In this document: piece after piece, positions 36,884-47,536 of the stretch
How positions within the stretch are numbered: position 1 is the first letter of the stretch
Layout of the letters: every line of letters starts with the position of its first letter
Assembly (NCBI RefSeq): GCF_028368995.1
Contig: NZ_JAQNDL010000002.1
Span: 320,001-384,000 of the forward strand
DNA from: Nannocystis bainbridge
GTDB lineage: Bacteria; Myxococcota_A; Polyangia; Nannocystales; Nannocystaceae
Direction: 5' to 3'
Length of the DNA: 64,000 nucleotides
Position numbers and translations under genes: made by a program
Notes under the pieces: model-generated
The model's input: the letters and a program-made list of their open reading frames with translations, nothing else
Told to the model about the DNA's origin: nothing
Databases searched by the model: none

Positions 36884-37849
36884 TCAGCGATAGGCGCCGC
36901 GTGGCGCGACGCCCGTGGTCGCGTGAATCACGGGCGGGACCCCGGCTGGCGCCGACGGCCACTGCACCTCGTAGGCCGCGCCGGGCTCGACGATCGCCTC
37001 GAACAGCTCGAACTGGCCGTCGGCGAGGAACAGGCCGCGCTGGCGGAGGAAGCGCTGGCGGGCGCTCTCGGTCATGGCGGGCCGGGTGACGGCGGTGAGC
37101 GGCAGGCCGAGGGTGACGGCGTCGGCCTCGACGTGGCGACCGTCGATGTCGAACGCGCTCGAACGCATCTCGCGGAGGACCCAGATCGGCGGCCAGGCGT
37201 CGCCGGGCGCGTCGAACAGGACGCCGAGCTCGTAGCCGAGGCACGGGCGGCCGGAGAACGGGGCGGCGAGCAGCGGGCCGCGGGGCTGCGGCTGGCCGAC
37301 GGCGCGCGCGGCCACGACGGCCTCGGCGGCGACCAGCGGCAGCGGCATGTGCCAGCGCGTGGGTCGGCTGCTGCCGCGCAGCATCAACGCGCGGCCGATC
37401 CGGCGCCGGCCGAGGCGATGGGCCAGGGCCGTGGCGCCGCCGCCGAGGCCGAGCAGCGACGGCCAGCCGAGCGCGACGAGACCGGCCAGCGCGAGGCCGC
37501 CGGCGCAGCCGATGCCGATCGCCGCGCCGGCCGCAACGGACGCGAGACGGACCTGCCACTTGAGGCGGTCGGGCGGGTGCCGACGCTCCTCCTCCTCGCG
37601 CTCGCGCAGGGCCTCGGCGACGTGCCAATAGTCGAGGTCGATCCAGGCCGTGCGCCCGCACGAGGGGCAGGCCGGATCGGTGTCGCAGAGGTAACCGCAG
37701 ACGTCGCACAGGAACATGCAGTCGAACGATTCCTTCGGCGAGCCTGCGCCCAATTGATGCGGGCGGATCGAGCTGCGCTTGCTGGCGATGACGGCCTGCT
37801 CGCGCTTGAGGCGGGCGATGGCGTCGACTGTGGCTCCGCCCCAGACCAT
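36884..37849 (-). CDS. Zinc-ribbon, two-TM protein with GIDE-like C-terminal domain
   Basis: CDVC...CPSC, two TM helices and LAAPFSGRPCLGYEL motif. Confidence 0.55.
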   Translation of the reverse strand: MVWGGATVDAIARLKREQAVIASKRSSIRPHQLGAGSPKESFDCMFLCDVCGYLCDTDPACPSCGRTAWIDLDYWHVAEALREREEEERRHPPDRLKWQVRLASVAAGAAIGIGCAGGLALAGLVALGWPSLLGLGGGATALAHRLGRRRIGRALMLRGSSRPTRWHMPLPLVAAEAVVAARAVGQPQPRGPLLAAPFSGRPCLGYELGVLFDAPGDAWPPIWVLREMRSSAFDIDGRHVEADAVTLGLPLTAVTRPAMTESARQRFLRQRGLFLADGQFELFEAIVEPGAAYEVQWPSAPAGVPPVIHATTGVAPRGAYR

Positions 37850-37999
37850 GCTCGCAGGATAGCCGAGGTCCGTGGACCGCGGAATACGCGGGGAGCGAGG
37901 TCGGTTCCGCCCGACGAACCAAAGGCGGTGGGGCGGTCGTGTGCGCGAAATCGTGGCAATGTCGTGCCTGCCGGCCTGGTCATCGTAAAGGGAGAGGAC

Positions 38000-38734
38000 A
38001 TGCAGTTTCACAACTTTGGAATGATCTTGATGACATGCGCCCTGGCGGGCTGTCCGGGCGAGAAGAACGACACCGAAGGCGGCACCGATCCGACGGCGAC
38101 GGGCGGCGAATCGGCGTCGACGAGCGACGGAGCGACGGGGCCGACGACCTCGGGATCGACGGCGACGAGCACCGGCGAGGCGACCGAGCCCGGCGCGACG
38201 AGCACGAGCGACGGCGACGCGACGGGCCCCGGCGAGACGAGCACGAGCACCGGAGAGCCGGGGCCGACGACCTGCGAGAAGTACTGCGCGCTGCTGGTCG
38301 CGTGCATCGGGCTGACGCCGGAGGAGGCCGCGACGTGCCCGCAGGACTGCGAGGCGGAGCTGGTGGAGCTGGATGGCGAGTGCCGGGTCGCGGTGGTGGC
38401 GACGTACGAGTGTCACGCGGAGCTGACCTGCGCGCAGCTCGATGACCTCGAGCAGGGCAAGGTCGGACCGTGCACCGACGAGGGCAAGGCGCAGGAGGAG
38501 GTGTGCGGCTTCGGCGATTCTTGCGAGCTCACCGGCGGGGGCGACGGCTCGGAGAATTGCGAGTACACGCGCAAGTGCGCCGGCGAGCCGGAGATGATGA
38601 TGCGCTGCACCGAGGCGGCTTGCGAGTGCCTCGAGGCGGGGGTCAAGTTCGGCGAGTGTGCTCCCGAGCAGGTCTGCAGCGACATCGCGGGGCTCGAGGC
38701 CAAGGCGCTGTCGTGCTGCGGGATCGGGGCGTGA
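38000..38734 (+). CDS. Cys-rich lipoprotein with Thr/Ser linker
   Basis: Lipobox LAGC, RBS GGAGAGG, many Cys. Confidence 0.75.
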   Translation: MQFHNFGMILMTCALAGCPGEKNDTEGGTDPTATGGESASTSDGATGPTTSGSTATSTGEATEPGATSTSDGDATGPGETSTSTGEPGPTTCEKYCALLVACIGLTPEEAATCPQDCEAELVELDGECRVAVVATYECHAELTCAQLDDLEQGKVGPCTDEGKAQEEVCGFGDSCELTGGGDGSENCEYTRKCAGEPEMMMRCTEAACECLEAGVKFGECAPEQVCSDIAGLEAKALSCCGIGA

Positions 38735-38805
38735 CGGCGGGGCGAGCGGCCGAGCGGTGAGATGTCCTCAGGGACATGTCCTGAAGGTAACCTCGGGATC
38801 GGGCC

Positions 38806-39540
38806 TCAGGAGGGGTCGAGATCGGGGTAGCGGCGGAAGATGCCGTGCTCGTTGAAGGCCAGGCGCCGCGGGGAGGCCAGGTACGCGGCGATGCGCGGGC
38901 GGGCGGCCACGCGGTCGCCCAGGCGCAGCAGCGCGGGCGTGCCGCGGGCGTGGCGGGCGAACGCGTGGGGGAAGGCGTACTCGAGGCCGAGCAGGGCCTG
39001 CAGCAGCGACAGGTCGGCGTGGCAGCAGGCCTCGCCGAGCAGCCACGGGCCGCCGCTGCGCTGCAGCACGCGGTCGAAGTAGGCCAGGAACTTGGGCAGC
39101 CGGGCGTCGCGGAAGGCGGCGGCTCGCAGCGCGGCGGCGTCGCGCTGGTCCTCGTAGTATTGCGCGCTCGAGATCGGGTGGTGGGTGTCGTGGGCCTCGG
39201 CGACGAGGTCGCTGATCGTCAGTTGCAGCTGCATGGCCTCGGCGCGGCCGCCATCTGTCCCCGGGGACAGGTCGTGACGATCGCCGAGGAAGCCGCAGAT
39301 GTTGGCGGTCTGGGCGATCACGAGGTCGCCGGCGCGGAGGATCGGCGGGGCGAAGGCGGGCAGGCCGGGCAACGACTCGAGGGCGCGCACGATGGCCGCC
39401 TCGCCGCCGCCCTCGGAGGCGGGCCGGCGGGCGACGTCGAGGTAGGGCGCGCCGGCGTCCTCGCAGACGAGGCGGACGAACTCGCCGCGGCCGGGGATGC
39501 CGGGCCAGTAGTAGAGCTCGTAGAGATCGGCGGTGGGCAT
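38806..39540 (-). CDS. Glutathione S-transferase
   Basis: LYYWPGIPGRGEFVRL, FAPP, QTANIC and ADLSL. Confidence 0.9.
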   Translation of the reverse strand: MPTADLYELYYWPGIPGRGEFVRLVCEDAGAPYLDVARRPASEGGGEAAIVRALESLPGLPAFAPPILRAGDLVIAQTANICGFLGDRHDLSPGTDGGRAEAMQLQLTISDLVAEAHDTHHPISSAQYYEDQRDAAALRAAAFRDARLPKFLAYFDRVLQRSGGPWLLGEACCHADLSLLQALLGLEYAFPHAFARHARGTPALLRLGDRVAARPRIAAYLASPRRLAFNEHGIFRRYPDLDPS

Positions 39541-39592
39541 GGTGATGAGCGAGTGTGGCCGAGGTCAGGGTCGTCGGCGACGCGCAGAGAGT

Positions 39593-40597
<1,005 letters not shown>

Positions 40598-40708
40598 GGG
40601 CTCACCTTACGCGATGCGGCGGGCGCAGGCCCGAATCGCACCGGTCACAGGGAGGACGGAGGAGTTCGCCGTGGGCGTGCGCCCGATGCTGAGGCATGAT
40701 GACCGGCG

Positions 40709-41746
40709 ATGACGCACGGACGAGCGCAGGCGTTGCCGTCGAGGTGGCCGATCGTGCAGGCGCCGATGGCCGGCGGACCCGACACGCCGGAGCTGGCAGC
40801 GGCAGTGACGAACGCGGGCGGGCTCGGCTCGCTCGGCTGCGCGTACATGACGGCGCGCGAGATCGAGGCGGCGGCGACGAAGCTGCGCTCGCTGACGACG
40901 CAGCCGTTCGCGCTCAACCTGTTCGTCCGCGCCGACGCACCCGACGAGCCGGCCGCGGCGGCGCGCGTGTCGCCGATCCTCGCCGGGTTCCGCCGCGAGC
41001 TCGGGCTGCCCGCCGAGGCGCCGCCGGGGCGCCCGGCGCCGGAGTTCGCGGAGCAGCTGGAGGCGGTGCTGCGGGTCCGACCGGCGGCGTTCAGCTTCAC
41101 GTTCGGGGCGCCGACGCGGGCCCAGATCGAGGCCCTGCAGGCGCGATCGATCGCGGTGATCGGGACGGCGACGACGGTCGAGGAGGCGGAGCTGCTGGCG
41201 TCGCTGGGGGTCGATGCGGTGTGCGCCCAGGGCTCGGAGGCGGGCGGGCACCGCGGGACGTTCCTCGGCTCGTTCACGGACGCGCTGGTCGGGACGATCA
41301 CGCTGGTGCCCCAGATCGCGGCGCGGGTGCAGGTGCCAGTGATCGCGGCGGGCGGGATCATGGACGGTCGGGCGATCCGGGCGATGCTCGGGCTCGGCGC
41401 GGCCGGGGTGCAGCTCGGCACCGCGTTCATGACGTGCCCGGAGGCAGGCACCGGCGCGGCCCACCGCGCGGCGCTGGCGACGGCCGCTCGCACGGTGGTG
41501 ACGCGAGCGTTCAGCGGCAGGCCGGCTCGTGGGATCCGCAATCGCTTCAGCGACGCGTTCGCGGCCGTCGAGGCGGCCCCGTTCCCGCAGCAGCAAGGGT
41601 TGACGCGAGACATCCGCGCGGCCGCGGCGGCGCAGGGCCGGACCGAGATCATGCAAATGTGGGCAGGGCAGGGGGCGCCGCTGGGCCGCCCGCTGCCGGC
41701 GGCCGAGCTGATGGCGCTGCTGATCGCCGAGGCGGAGCTGACGTGA
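40709..41746 (+). CDS. Nitronate monooxygenase family flavoprotein
   Basis: PIVQAPMAGG, QGSEAGGHRG, AAGGIMDG and GVQLGTAF. Confidence 0.9.
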   Translation: MTHGRAQALPSRWPIVQAPMAGGPDTPELAAAVTNAGGLGSLGCAYMTAREIEAAATKLRSLTTQPFALNLFVRADAPDEPAAAARVSPILAGFRRELGLPAEAPPGRPAPEFAEQLEAVLRVRPAAFSFTFGAPTRAQIEALQARSIAVIGTATTVEEAELLASLGVDAVCAQGSEAGGHRGTFLGSFTDALVGTITLVPQIAARVQVPVIAAGGIMDGRAIRAMLGLGAAGVQLGTAFMTCPEAGTGAAHRAALATAARTVVTRAFSGRPARGIRNRFSDAFAAVEAAPFPQQQGLTRDIRAAAAAQGRTEIMQMWAGQGAPLGRPLPAAELMALLIAEAELT

Positions 41747-42160
41747 CGCGCCAGGGAATCATGGCAGTCCATGAATGGCCATAGGGCGCCGCGTGAAGCG
41801 CCGGATCGCGGGGCACCGGCGAGGCGCGAAGAGAGCCGGATTCTCGGTTCGCCGGACGTGGGGGGCGGGTGTGTCGCTTCGGCACATGCGACCACGCAGC
41901 GGGCGGTGAAACGCGTTCTCGCCGGGCTTTCGCGCGGCTGGGCTCGATGGTCGGGGAGCCGCGCATTCCTGTGACGTCGCGGCAGGGTCGGCGGACGATT
42001 CGCGGTCCCGAGCGGCCGGGTGCGCGCATTTCAGGGCCGTAATTCCAGCGAGCTGGACAAAAGCGCGTCGTTCGCGGTACACGTGGTAGCTCGTGCGCGC
42101 GGTCCTCGTAGCTCCGAGGTCCTGCCGGTCGCGCGGAGATGTCCAGCGGTCGGAGGACTC

Positions 42161-42682
42161 GTGCGAACCAGCAGATCGGGCGGACAGTACAACGGCGCCG
42201 CGCTCTATTCATTCTTGCTCGGGCTGGGCCACTCCGAGGCGCTCGTGCACAAGGTGCTGCAGGACGCCGGGGTCGACAGCATCGACCCCAAGCGCTGGTA
42301 CGACATCAACTGGGCGATCGAAGTGTACTTCGCCATCTACGAGAAGATCGGCCGCGGGGCGATGATCGCGGTCGGCAAGAAGATGATCGAGACGGCCCCG
42401 TTCCCGCCCGGCCTCGACGACGTGAAGCGCCTGCTGATGGGCCTCGACGCGGCCTATCGCCTCAACGTGCGCGGCGGCGCCGACCTCGGCGGGATCACCT
42501 GCGAGTTCGACGACGACGACAGCGCGCGGCTGGTGTGGAGCACGCTCGGCCCGTGCCCGCTCAACATCGGCATCATCGAGGGCTGTTGCTCGCGGGTCGG
42601 CGCGGCGGCGCTGGTCGAGCACGGGGCAGGCGGGTGCATGGACGAGGGGGGCTCGTCGTGCACGTATCTGGTGAGCTTCTGA
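42161..42682 (+). CDS. Small V4R/HNOB-like ligand-binding protein
   Basis: GGAGGA RBS then GTG; IDPKRWY; PCPLNIGIIEG and C-x6-C..TYLVSF, typical of V4R-like domains. Confidence 0.6.
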   Translation: MRTSRSGGQYNGAALYSFLLGLGHSEALVHKVLQDAGVDSIDPKRWYDINWAIEVYFAIYEKIGRGAMIAVGKKMIETAPFPPGLDDVKRLLMGLDAAYRLNVRGGADLGGITCEFDDDDSARLVWSTLGPCPLNIGIIEGCCSRVGAAALVEHGAGGCMDEGGSSCTYLVSF

Positions 42683-42693
42683 GGCGGTCGGCG

Positions 42694-43590
42694 ATGCAAG
42701 CGGCTTTTGCGTGGATCGAACACGAGCGAGCAGGCCTGGCTTCGCAGCTGGCGGAGCGGCTGGCAGGGCGCGCGGGCAGCGTGTTCCGCAGCGCGGGCGA
42801 GGCGACTTGCACGGCGATCGCGGAGGGCTTGATCGCGGCGCTGATCGCCGACGCGGCCAGTGGCAAGGACGCGGCCGGGCGCGAGGCGATGCTGGCGCTG
42901 GTGCAGCGATTCTCGGGGGCGCTGGCCTACGCCGACCTGCGGCACCTGGCGACCTCGCTGCGGTCCCTGGTGCTGGCGGCGGCGAGCGGGGCCGAGCCGG
43001 GGGAGCGCCAGCGGGTCGAGGACTGGCTGTTTCAGCTGGTGCTGGTCGGGGCGATGCGGTTCGTGGCCCAGCGCGAGCAGACGTTCCAGGAGCAGGCGGC
43101 GCGGCTGGAGGTGCGTCAGCTCGAGTCGCAGCTCGAGGAGCTCAAGGCGGCCTTCGCCGAGAAGACGCGGCTGCTCGAGGTCATTCGCCAGGCCTCGACG
43201 CCGGTGGCGCCGGTCCACGAGGGCATCCTGGTGGTGCCGCTGGTCGGGATGTTCGACGCCCAGCGGGCGCAGATGCTGACGGAGCGGCTGCTGAACGCGA
43301 TCGGTGAGGCGCGTGCGAGCGTGGTGATCGTCGACATCTCGGGGGTGCCGCTGTTCGACGCCGAGGCGGCCGAGCTGGTGATCCGCACCAGCCAGGCGGT
43401 GCGGCTGCTCGGGGCGCAGTTGCTGCTGGTGGGGCTGTCGCCCGGGGTGGCGCAGACGATCGTCGACCTCGGGGTCGATCTGGCGAGCCTCAAGACGATG
43501 CGCTCGCTGCAGGACGGCATCAGCCACGCGCTGGCGCTGCGTCAGCTGCGGATCGCGCCGGTGGTGAATGGACCGGGTCGAGGTCGGTGA
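42694..43590 (+). CDS. RsbR-like STAS-domain protein
   Basis: STPVAPVHEGILVVPLVG, VDISGVP, LLGAQ and VAQTIVDLG; helical N-terminal domain. Confidence 0.85.
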   Translation: MQAAFAWIEHERAGLASQLAERLAGRAGSVFRSAGEATCTAIAEGLIAALIADAASGKDAAGREAMLALVQRFSGALAYADLRHLATSLRSLVLAAASGAEPGERQRVEDWLFQLVLVGAMRFVAQREQTFQEQAARLEVRQLESQLEELKAAFAEKTRLLEVIRQASTPVAPVHEGILVVPLVGMFDAQRAQMLTERLLNAIGEARASVVIVDISGVPLFDAEAAELVIRTSQAVRLLGAQLLLVGLSPGVAQTIVDLGVDLASLKTMRSLQDGISHALALRQLRIAPVVNGPGRGR

Positions 43591-43641
43591 TGATGCGCGC
43601 CCCGGTGCTGTGATTCGCCGCGCGGTGCGAGGATTCGCCGG

Positions 43642-44922
43642 TCACTTCGATTCGCCGGCGAGGGCGCGGTCGCAGGCGGCCACGCGGTCGCGCAGGAGGT
43701 CGCGTTCGCGGGCGTTGCGGGTCAAGGATGCGGCGCGCTCGAGCTCGGCGCGAGCCTCGGCGAAGCGGCCGAGCTTGAAGAGAAAATCGCCGCGCACGCC
43801 CGGCAGCAGGTGATAGCGGGCCAGGGCCGGCTCGTCGACGAGGGTGTCGACGATGGCCAGGCCGGCGGCCGGGCCCTCGGCCATGGCGACGGCGACGGCG
43901 CGGTTGAGCTCGACCACCGGCGACGGCGACAACTGATAAAGAGTCCCGTAGAGCGCGGCGATCTTGGCCCAGTCGGTCGCCTCGGGGGTGAGGGCGCGGG
44001 CGTGGCAGGCGGCGATGGCGGCCTGGATCGCGTAGGGGCCGCGGGCGCCGCCGAGCGCGTCGATGCGCTCGAGCGCGGCCAGGCCGCGGCGGATCAGCAA
44101 CCTGTCCCAAAGGCCACGGTTCTGCTCGGCCAGCAGCACCGGCTGGCCGCCGGGGCCGACCCGCGCCCGCGCGCGTGAGGCCTGGATCTCCATCAGCGCG
44201 ACCAGGCCGTGGACCTCGGACTCGTCCGGCATCAGCCCGGCGACGATCCGGCCGAGCCGCAGCGCCTCCTCGCACAGCGCCGGCCGCATCCAGTCGTCGC
44301 CGGAGGTGGCCGAGTAGCCCTCGTTGAAGATGAGGTACAGGACCTCGAGCACCGAGGACAGGCGGGCCGCCAAAGCCGGCCCGCGCGGGACCTCGAACGG
44401 CACGTCGGCGTCGGCGAGGGTCCGCTTGGCCCGCACGATCCGCTGGGCGATCGTCGGCTCCGGCACCAGATAGGCGCGCGCGATCTCCTGCGTCGTGAGG
44501 CCGCCGAGCAGGCGCAGCGTCAGCGCCACGCGGGCCTCGCTCGACAGCGCCGGGTGACACGAGGTGAACACCAGGCGCAGCAGGTCGTCGCCGACGTCGT
44601 CGTCGAGCGCGGCGTCGAGGACGGCCGCGGGCGCGTCCTGCTGGACGTCGAGGACGTGGCCGAGCTCGACGTGCTTGCGGCCGTGTCGCTCGACGCGGCG
44701 CAGGTGATCGATGGCGCGGTGCTTGGCGGCGGTCATCAGCCACGCGCCGGGGTTGTTGGGCACGCCGGCGCTCGGCCATTGCTCGAGCGCGGCGACCAGC
44801 GCGTCCTGGGCCAGCTCTTCGGCGATGCCGAGGTCGCGGACGTAGCGGGTGAGCCCGGCGATCAGCCTGGCCGACTCGAGGCGCCATACGGCGTGGATGG
44901 CGCGATGGGTGTCGGGGGGCAC
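43642..44922 (-). CDS. ECF RNA polymerase sigma factor with C-terminal extension (ECF42/DUF6596 type)
   Basis: AEELAQDAL, LRLVFTSCHPAL, LYLIFNEGY, TDWAKI and VELNRAVA. Confidence 0.85.
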   Translation of the reverse strand: MPPDTHRAIHAVWRLESARLIAGLTRYVRDLGIAEELAQDALVAALEQWPSAGVPNNPGAWLMTAAKHRAIDHLRRVERHGRKHVELGHVLDVQQDAPAAVLDAALDDDVGDDLLRLVFTSCHPALSSEARVALTLRLLGGLTTQEIARAYLVPEPTIAQRIVRAKRTLADADVPFEVPRGPALAARLSSVLEVLYLIFNEGYSATSGDDWMRPALCEEALRLGRIVAGLMPDESEVHGLVALMEIQASRARARVGPGGQPVLLAEQNRGLWDRLLIRRGLAALERIDALGGARGPYAIQAAIAACHARALTPEATDWAKIAALYGTLYQLSPSPVVELNRAVAVAMAEGPAAGLAIVDTLVDEPALARYHLLPGVRGDFLFKLGRFAEARAELERAASLTRNARERDLLRDRVAACDRALAGESK

Positions 44923-45035
44923 GCGAAGGGACTAGACCACTGTCGTGGGCCGGCGCAAGGGCAGGGCGAAAGATCGCGGTTCGGTGGCGGCGAGCGCGGG
45001 CCGGCGGCCAATCATAGCAGTCGAAACATCGTGGA

Positions 45036-45965
45036 TCAGGGGGCCGGGGGCAGCTCGTCGACGACCCATTGGGCCAGGCGCTGCTCGACGCGGAAGTAGA
45101 GGTCGCGGCGATCGAGCGGGGCCGCCAGCACGTGGCGCTTGAAGTAGACGTAGAACAGGTTGCCGGGCACGCCGACCAGGGCGCGGTGGCGCAGCGCCGG
45201 CGCGGCGTCGTCGGCGAGCGTGTAGAAGCTGCGCAGCTCGACCCCCGGCTCGAGCGCGGTGCTGCGGAACACGCTCGCGCGCAGGGCCGGGCGGCGCGAA
45301 GCCGGGGCGATGCCGGCCAGCAGGGCCCGCAGCTGGGCCAGGCCGAAATCGTCGCCGGGGAAGCCGAGGATCAGCTCGTCGTGCGAGATGGTGGCGATCG
45401 CCCGCTCCTCGAGGCCGCCGCGCCGCAGCTCGTCGGCGAGGGCGGCCGTCAGCCCGTGCTGCAGGCGCTGGGCCTTCTTCGGCTCGAGGTAGCCGAACAC
45501 GGTCTGGCGGAACGCCTTGGACTCGGCGAGCACCGGGTCGACGCCGCGGGCGGCGCAGAACTCGGCCCAGGTGCCGTCGCCCAGCGTGCGCTCGTCGTCG
45601 TGGAGCTTGAGCACGCTGAAGTTGGCCTCGCGCAGGTCGAACGAGACCAGCCACGCACCTGCCTGTTCGGACAGGCGGCTGCGCGTCGGCGGGCTGGGAC
45701 CGACCGGGGCGGCGCACATGCGGCGGAAGGCGGGCGTCTTGCCGAGGGCGTCGCGCAGGGCGACCAGCTGCTGCTGGCGGTATTCGCCGACCGACTGGCC
45801 GCGCGCGGCCAGGCGGTCCTCGAACGCGGCGAAGCGCAGGGCGAGCGCCGGCAGGTCCTCGTACTCGGGCGAGCGCGCGAGGGTGTCGAGGTAGTACGCG
45901 GCGTGCTCGGTCACGGGGATCGTGAGGCGAAACAGCCGGCGGAATTCCTCGAGGTCGCGGAGCAC
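45036..45965 (-). CDS. Hypothetical protein with family A polymerase-like palm motifs
   Basis: VSFDLREANF (motif A-like), SKAFRQTVFG (motif B-like), ISHDELIL (motif C-like). Confidence 0.5.
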   Translation of the reverse strand: MLRDLEEFRRLFRLTIPVTEHAAYYLDTLARSPEYEDLPALALRFAAFEDRLAARGQSVGEYRQQQLVALRDALGKTPAFRRMCAAPVGPSPPTRSRLSEQAGAWLVSFDLREANFSVLKLHDDERTLGDGTWAEFCAARGVDPVLAESKAFRQTVFGYLEPKKAQRLQHGLTAALADELRRGGLEERAIATISHDELILGFPGDDFGLAQLRALLAGIAPASRRPALRASVFRSTALEPGVELRSFYTLADDAAPALRHRALVGVPGNLFYVYFKRHVLAAPLDRRDLYFRVEQRLAQWVVDELPPAP

Positions 45966-46055
45966 GGCGCGAAGCTAGCACGTCCACGCGGCGGTCTCGG
46001 GGCCCGGCCGGTCCGCGAACAGGCCCGCGCGGCGTCGTGGTAGGCTGGCCGCACG

Positions 46056-47165
46056 ATGACCCTCGACCTGCGGCGGACCTCCTGCTTGGTGCTCGTGTGT
46101 GGACTCGGCTGCGGGCAGCCCGGCGCGGGCGACTCGCTCACGGCCGCGACGACGGCGAACTCGACCTCGACGACCGACGCCTCGACGGCCGCCCCGACCG
46201 GGACCACCACCGCGGAAGCGACGACGACCGCGGAGCCGACCACCGGCGAGCTCGACCCGTGCGTCGCCTCGCCGCAGGCGCTGGCCGATTGCTCTGACCC
46301 GGTCGCGTACGCCGAGGATCTGAAATTCATCGCCGACATCCGCACCCCGGGCACGCCGCACTGGAAGGCGGTCCAGGACCTGTGCGCCGAACGGCTGAGC
46401 GAGCTCGGCTATCAGGTCCAGCTGATGGACTACGGCAGCGGCGTCAACGTGGTCGGCCGGCGGCTCGGCACGGTGAACCCGGAGCAGATCGTGCTGGTGG
46501 CCGCCCACTACGATCACATCTCGAATTGTCGCGGCGCCGACGACAACGCCAGCGGCGTGGCGGCGACCCTCGAGATCGCGCGGCTCCTGGCCAAGGTCGA
46601 GTTCGACCGCACGGTCCACATCGCCTGCTGGGACGAGGAGGAGGACGGGCTCATCGGCTCGGAGGCCTACGTGGCGGCCGCCAAGACGGCGGGCGACGAG
46701 ATCGTCGTCGACTTCAACTTCGACATGATCGGCTACACCTCGACCGCCGAGAACAGCCAGACGGTGCCCACCGGCTTCGGGCTGGTGTTCGCCGAGGCCT
46801 ACGCCGAGCTCGAGGCCAACCAGTTCCGCGGCGACTTCATCGCCATCATCAGCAGCGCCAAGGCCAACGCCCACGCGACCGCCTACGCGGCGGCGGCCGA
46901 CCGCATCGGCCTGCGCCGCGCGCTCATCGAGCTGCCCGCCGGCCAGGAGTCGTCGGACCTGTTCGCCGACCTGCGGCGCTCCGATCACGCCCCGTTCTGG
47001 GACGCGGGCTATCCGGCGGTGTTCCTCACCGACACCAGCGAGTTCCGCTACGCCAATTATCATTGCATGGCCGGCGAGGACGAGGTCGCCAACCTCGACC
47101 TCGAGTTCGCGGCCGCGGTGACGCGCGCGACCGTCGAGGCCAGCGCGGTCGCTCTCGGGATGTGA
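46056..47165 (+). CDS. M28-family metallopeptidase lipoprotein
   Basis: AAHYD, GADDNASG, DEEEDGLIGS, NFDMIGY, RSDHAPF and YH. Confidence 0.9.
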   Translation: MTLDLRRTSCLVLVCGLGCGQPGAGDSLTAATTANSTSTTDASTAAPTGTTTAEATTTAEPTTGELDPCVASPQALADCSDPVAYAEDLKFIADIRTPGTPHWKAVQDLCAERLSELGYQVQLMDYGSGVNVVGRRLGTVNPEQIVLVAAHYDHISNCRGADDNASGVAATLEIARLLAKVEFDRTVHIACWDEEEDGLIGSEAYVAAAKTAGDEIVVDFNFDMIGYTSTAENSQTVPTGFGLVFAEAYAELEANQFRGDFIAIISSAKANAHATAYAAAADRIGLRRALIELPAGQESSDLFADLRRSDHAPFWDAGYPAVFLTDTSEFRYANYHCMAGEDEVANLDLEFAAAVTRATVEASAVALGM

Positions 47166-47536
47166 CCGCCGGGGCGCGCGATCGATCGATCGGGCGTTCG
47201 CGCGGCGACTCGCTGCATTGGGCCCGGCCTCGCATGAGGCCGGCGAGGGGCCCGTGCGTGAACTCCGGTCAATGGCGGGGTCGACCGCAACGCCGGCGCA
47301 GCGGGGCGCTCGCCCATAGCGACGGTCGGGGTATCACCCTGTCAGCCGCCGGGCGGCGCGCTGCTCCCAATGGGCAATCGTACGACCCGGCCATACGGGC
47401 GGGGCGGGGCGGGCCCGCGCAAAGGCCCCGGTTCGGCCGCTGCGCGGCCCGTGGCGCGGGTGCTTGCATTCGCGCCGGCGAAATTCCCGGGGGCCGCCAT
47501 TGCCAAATGGCCACGGTTGACGGATATGGACCGCGC

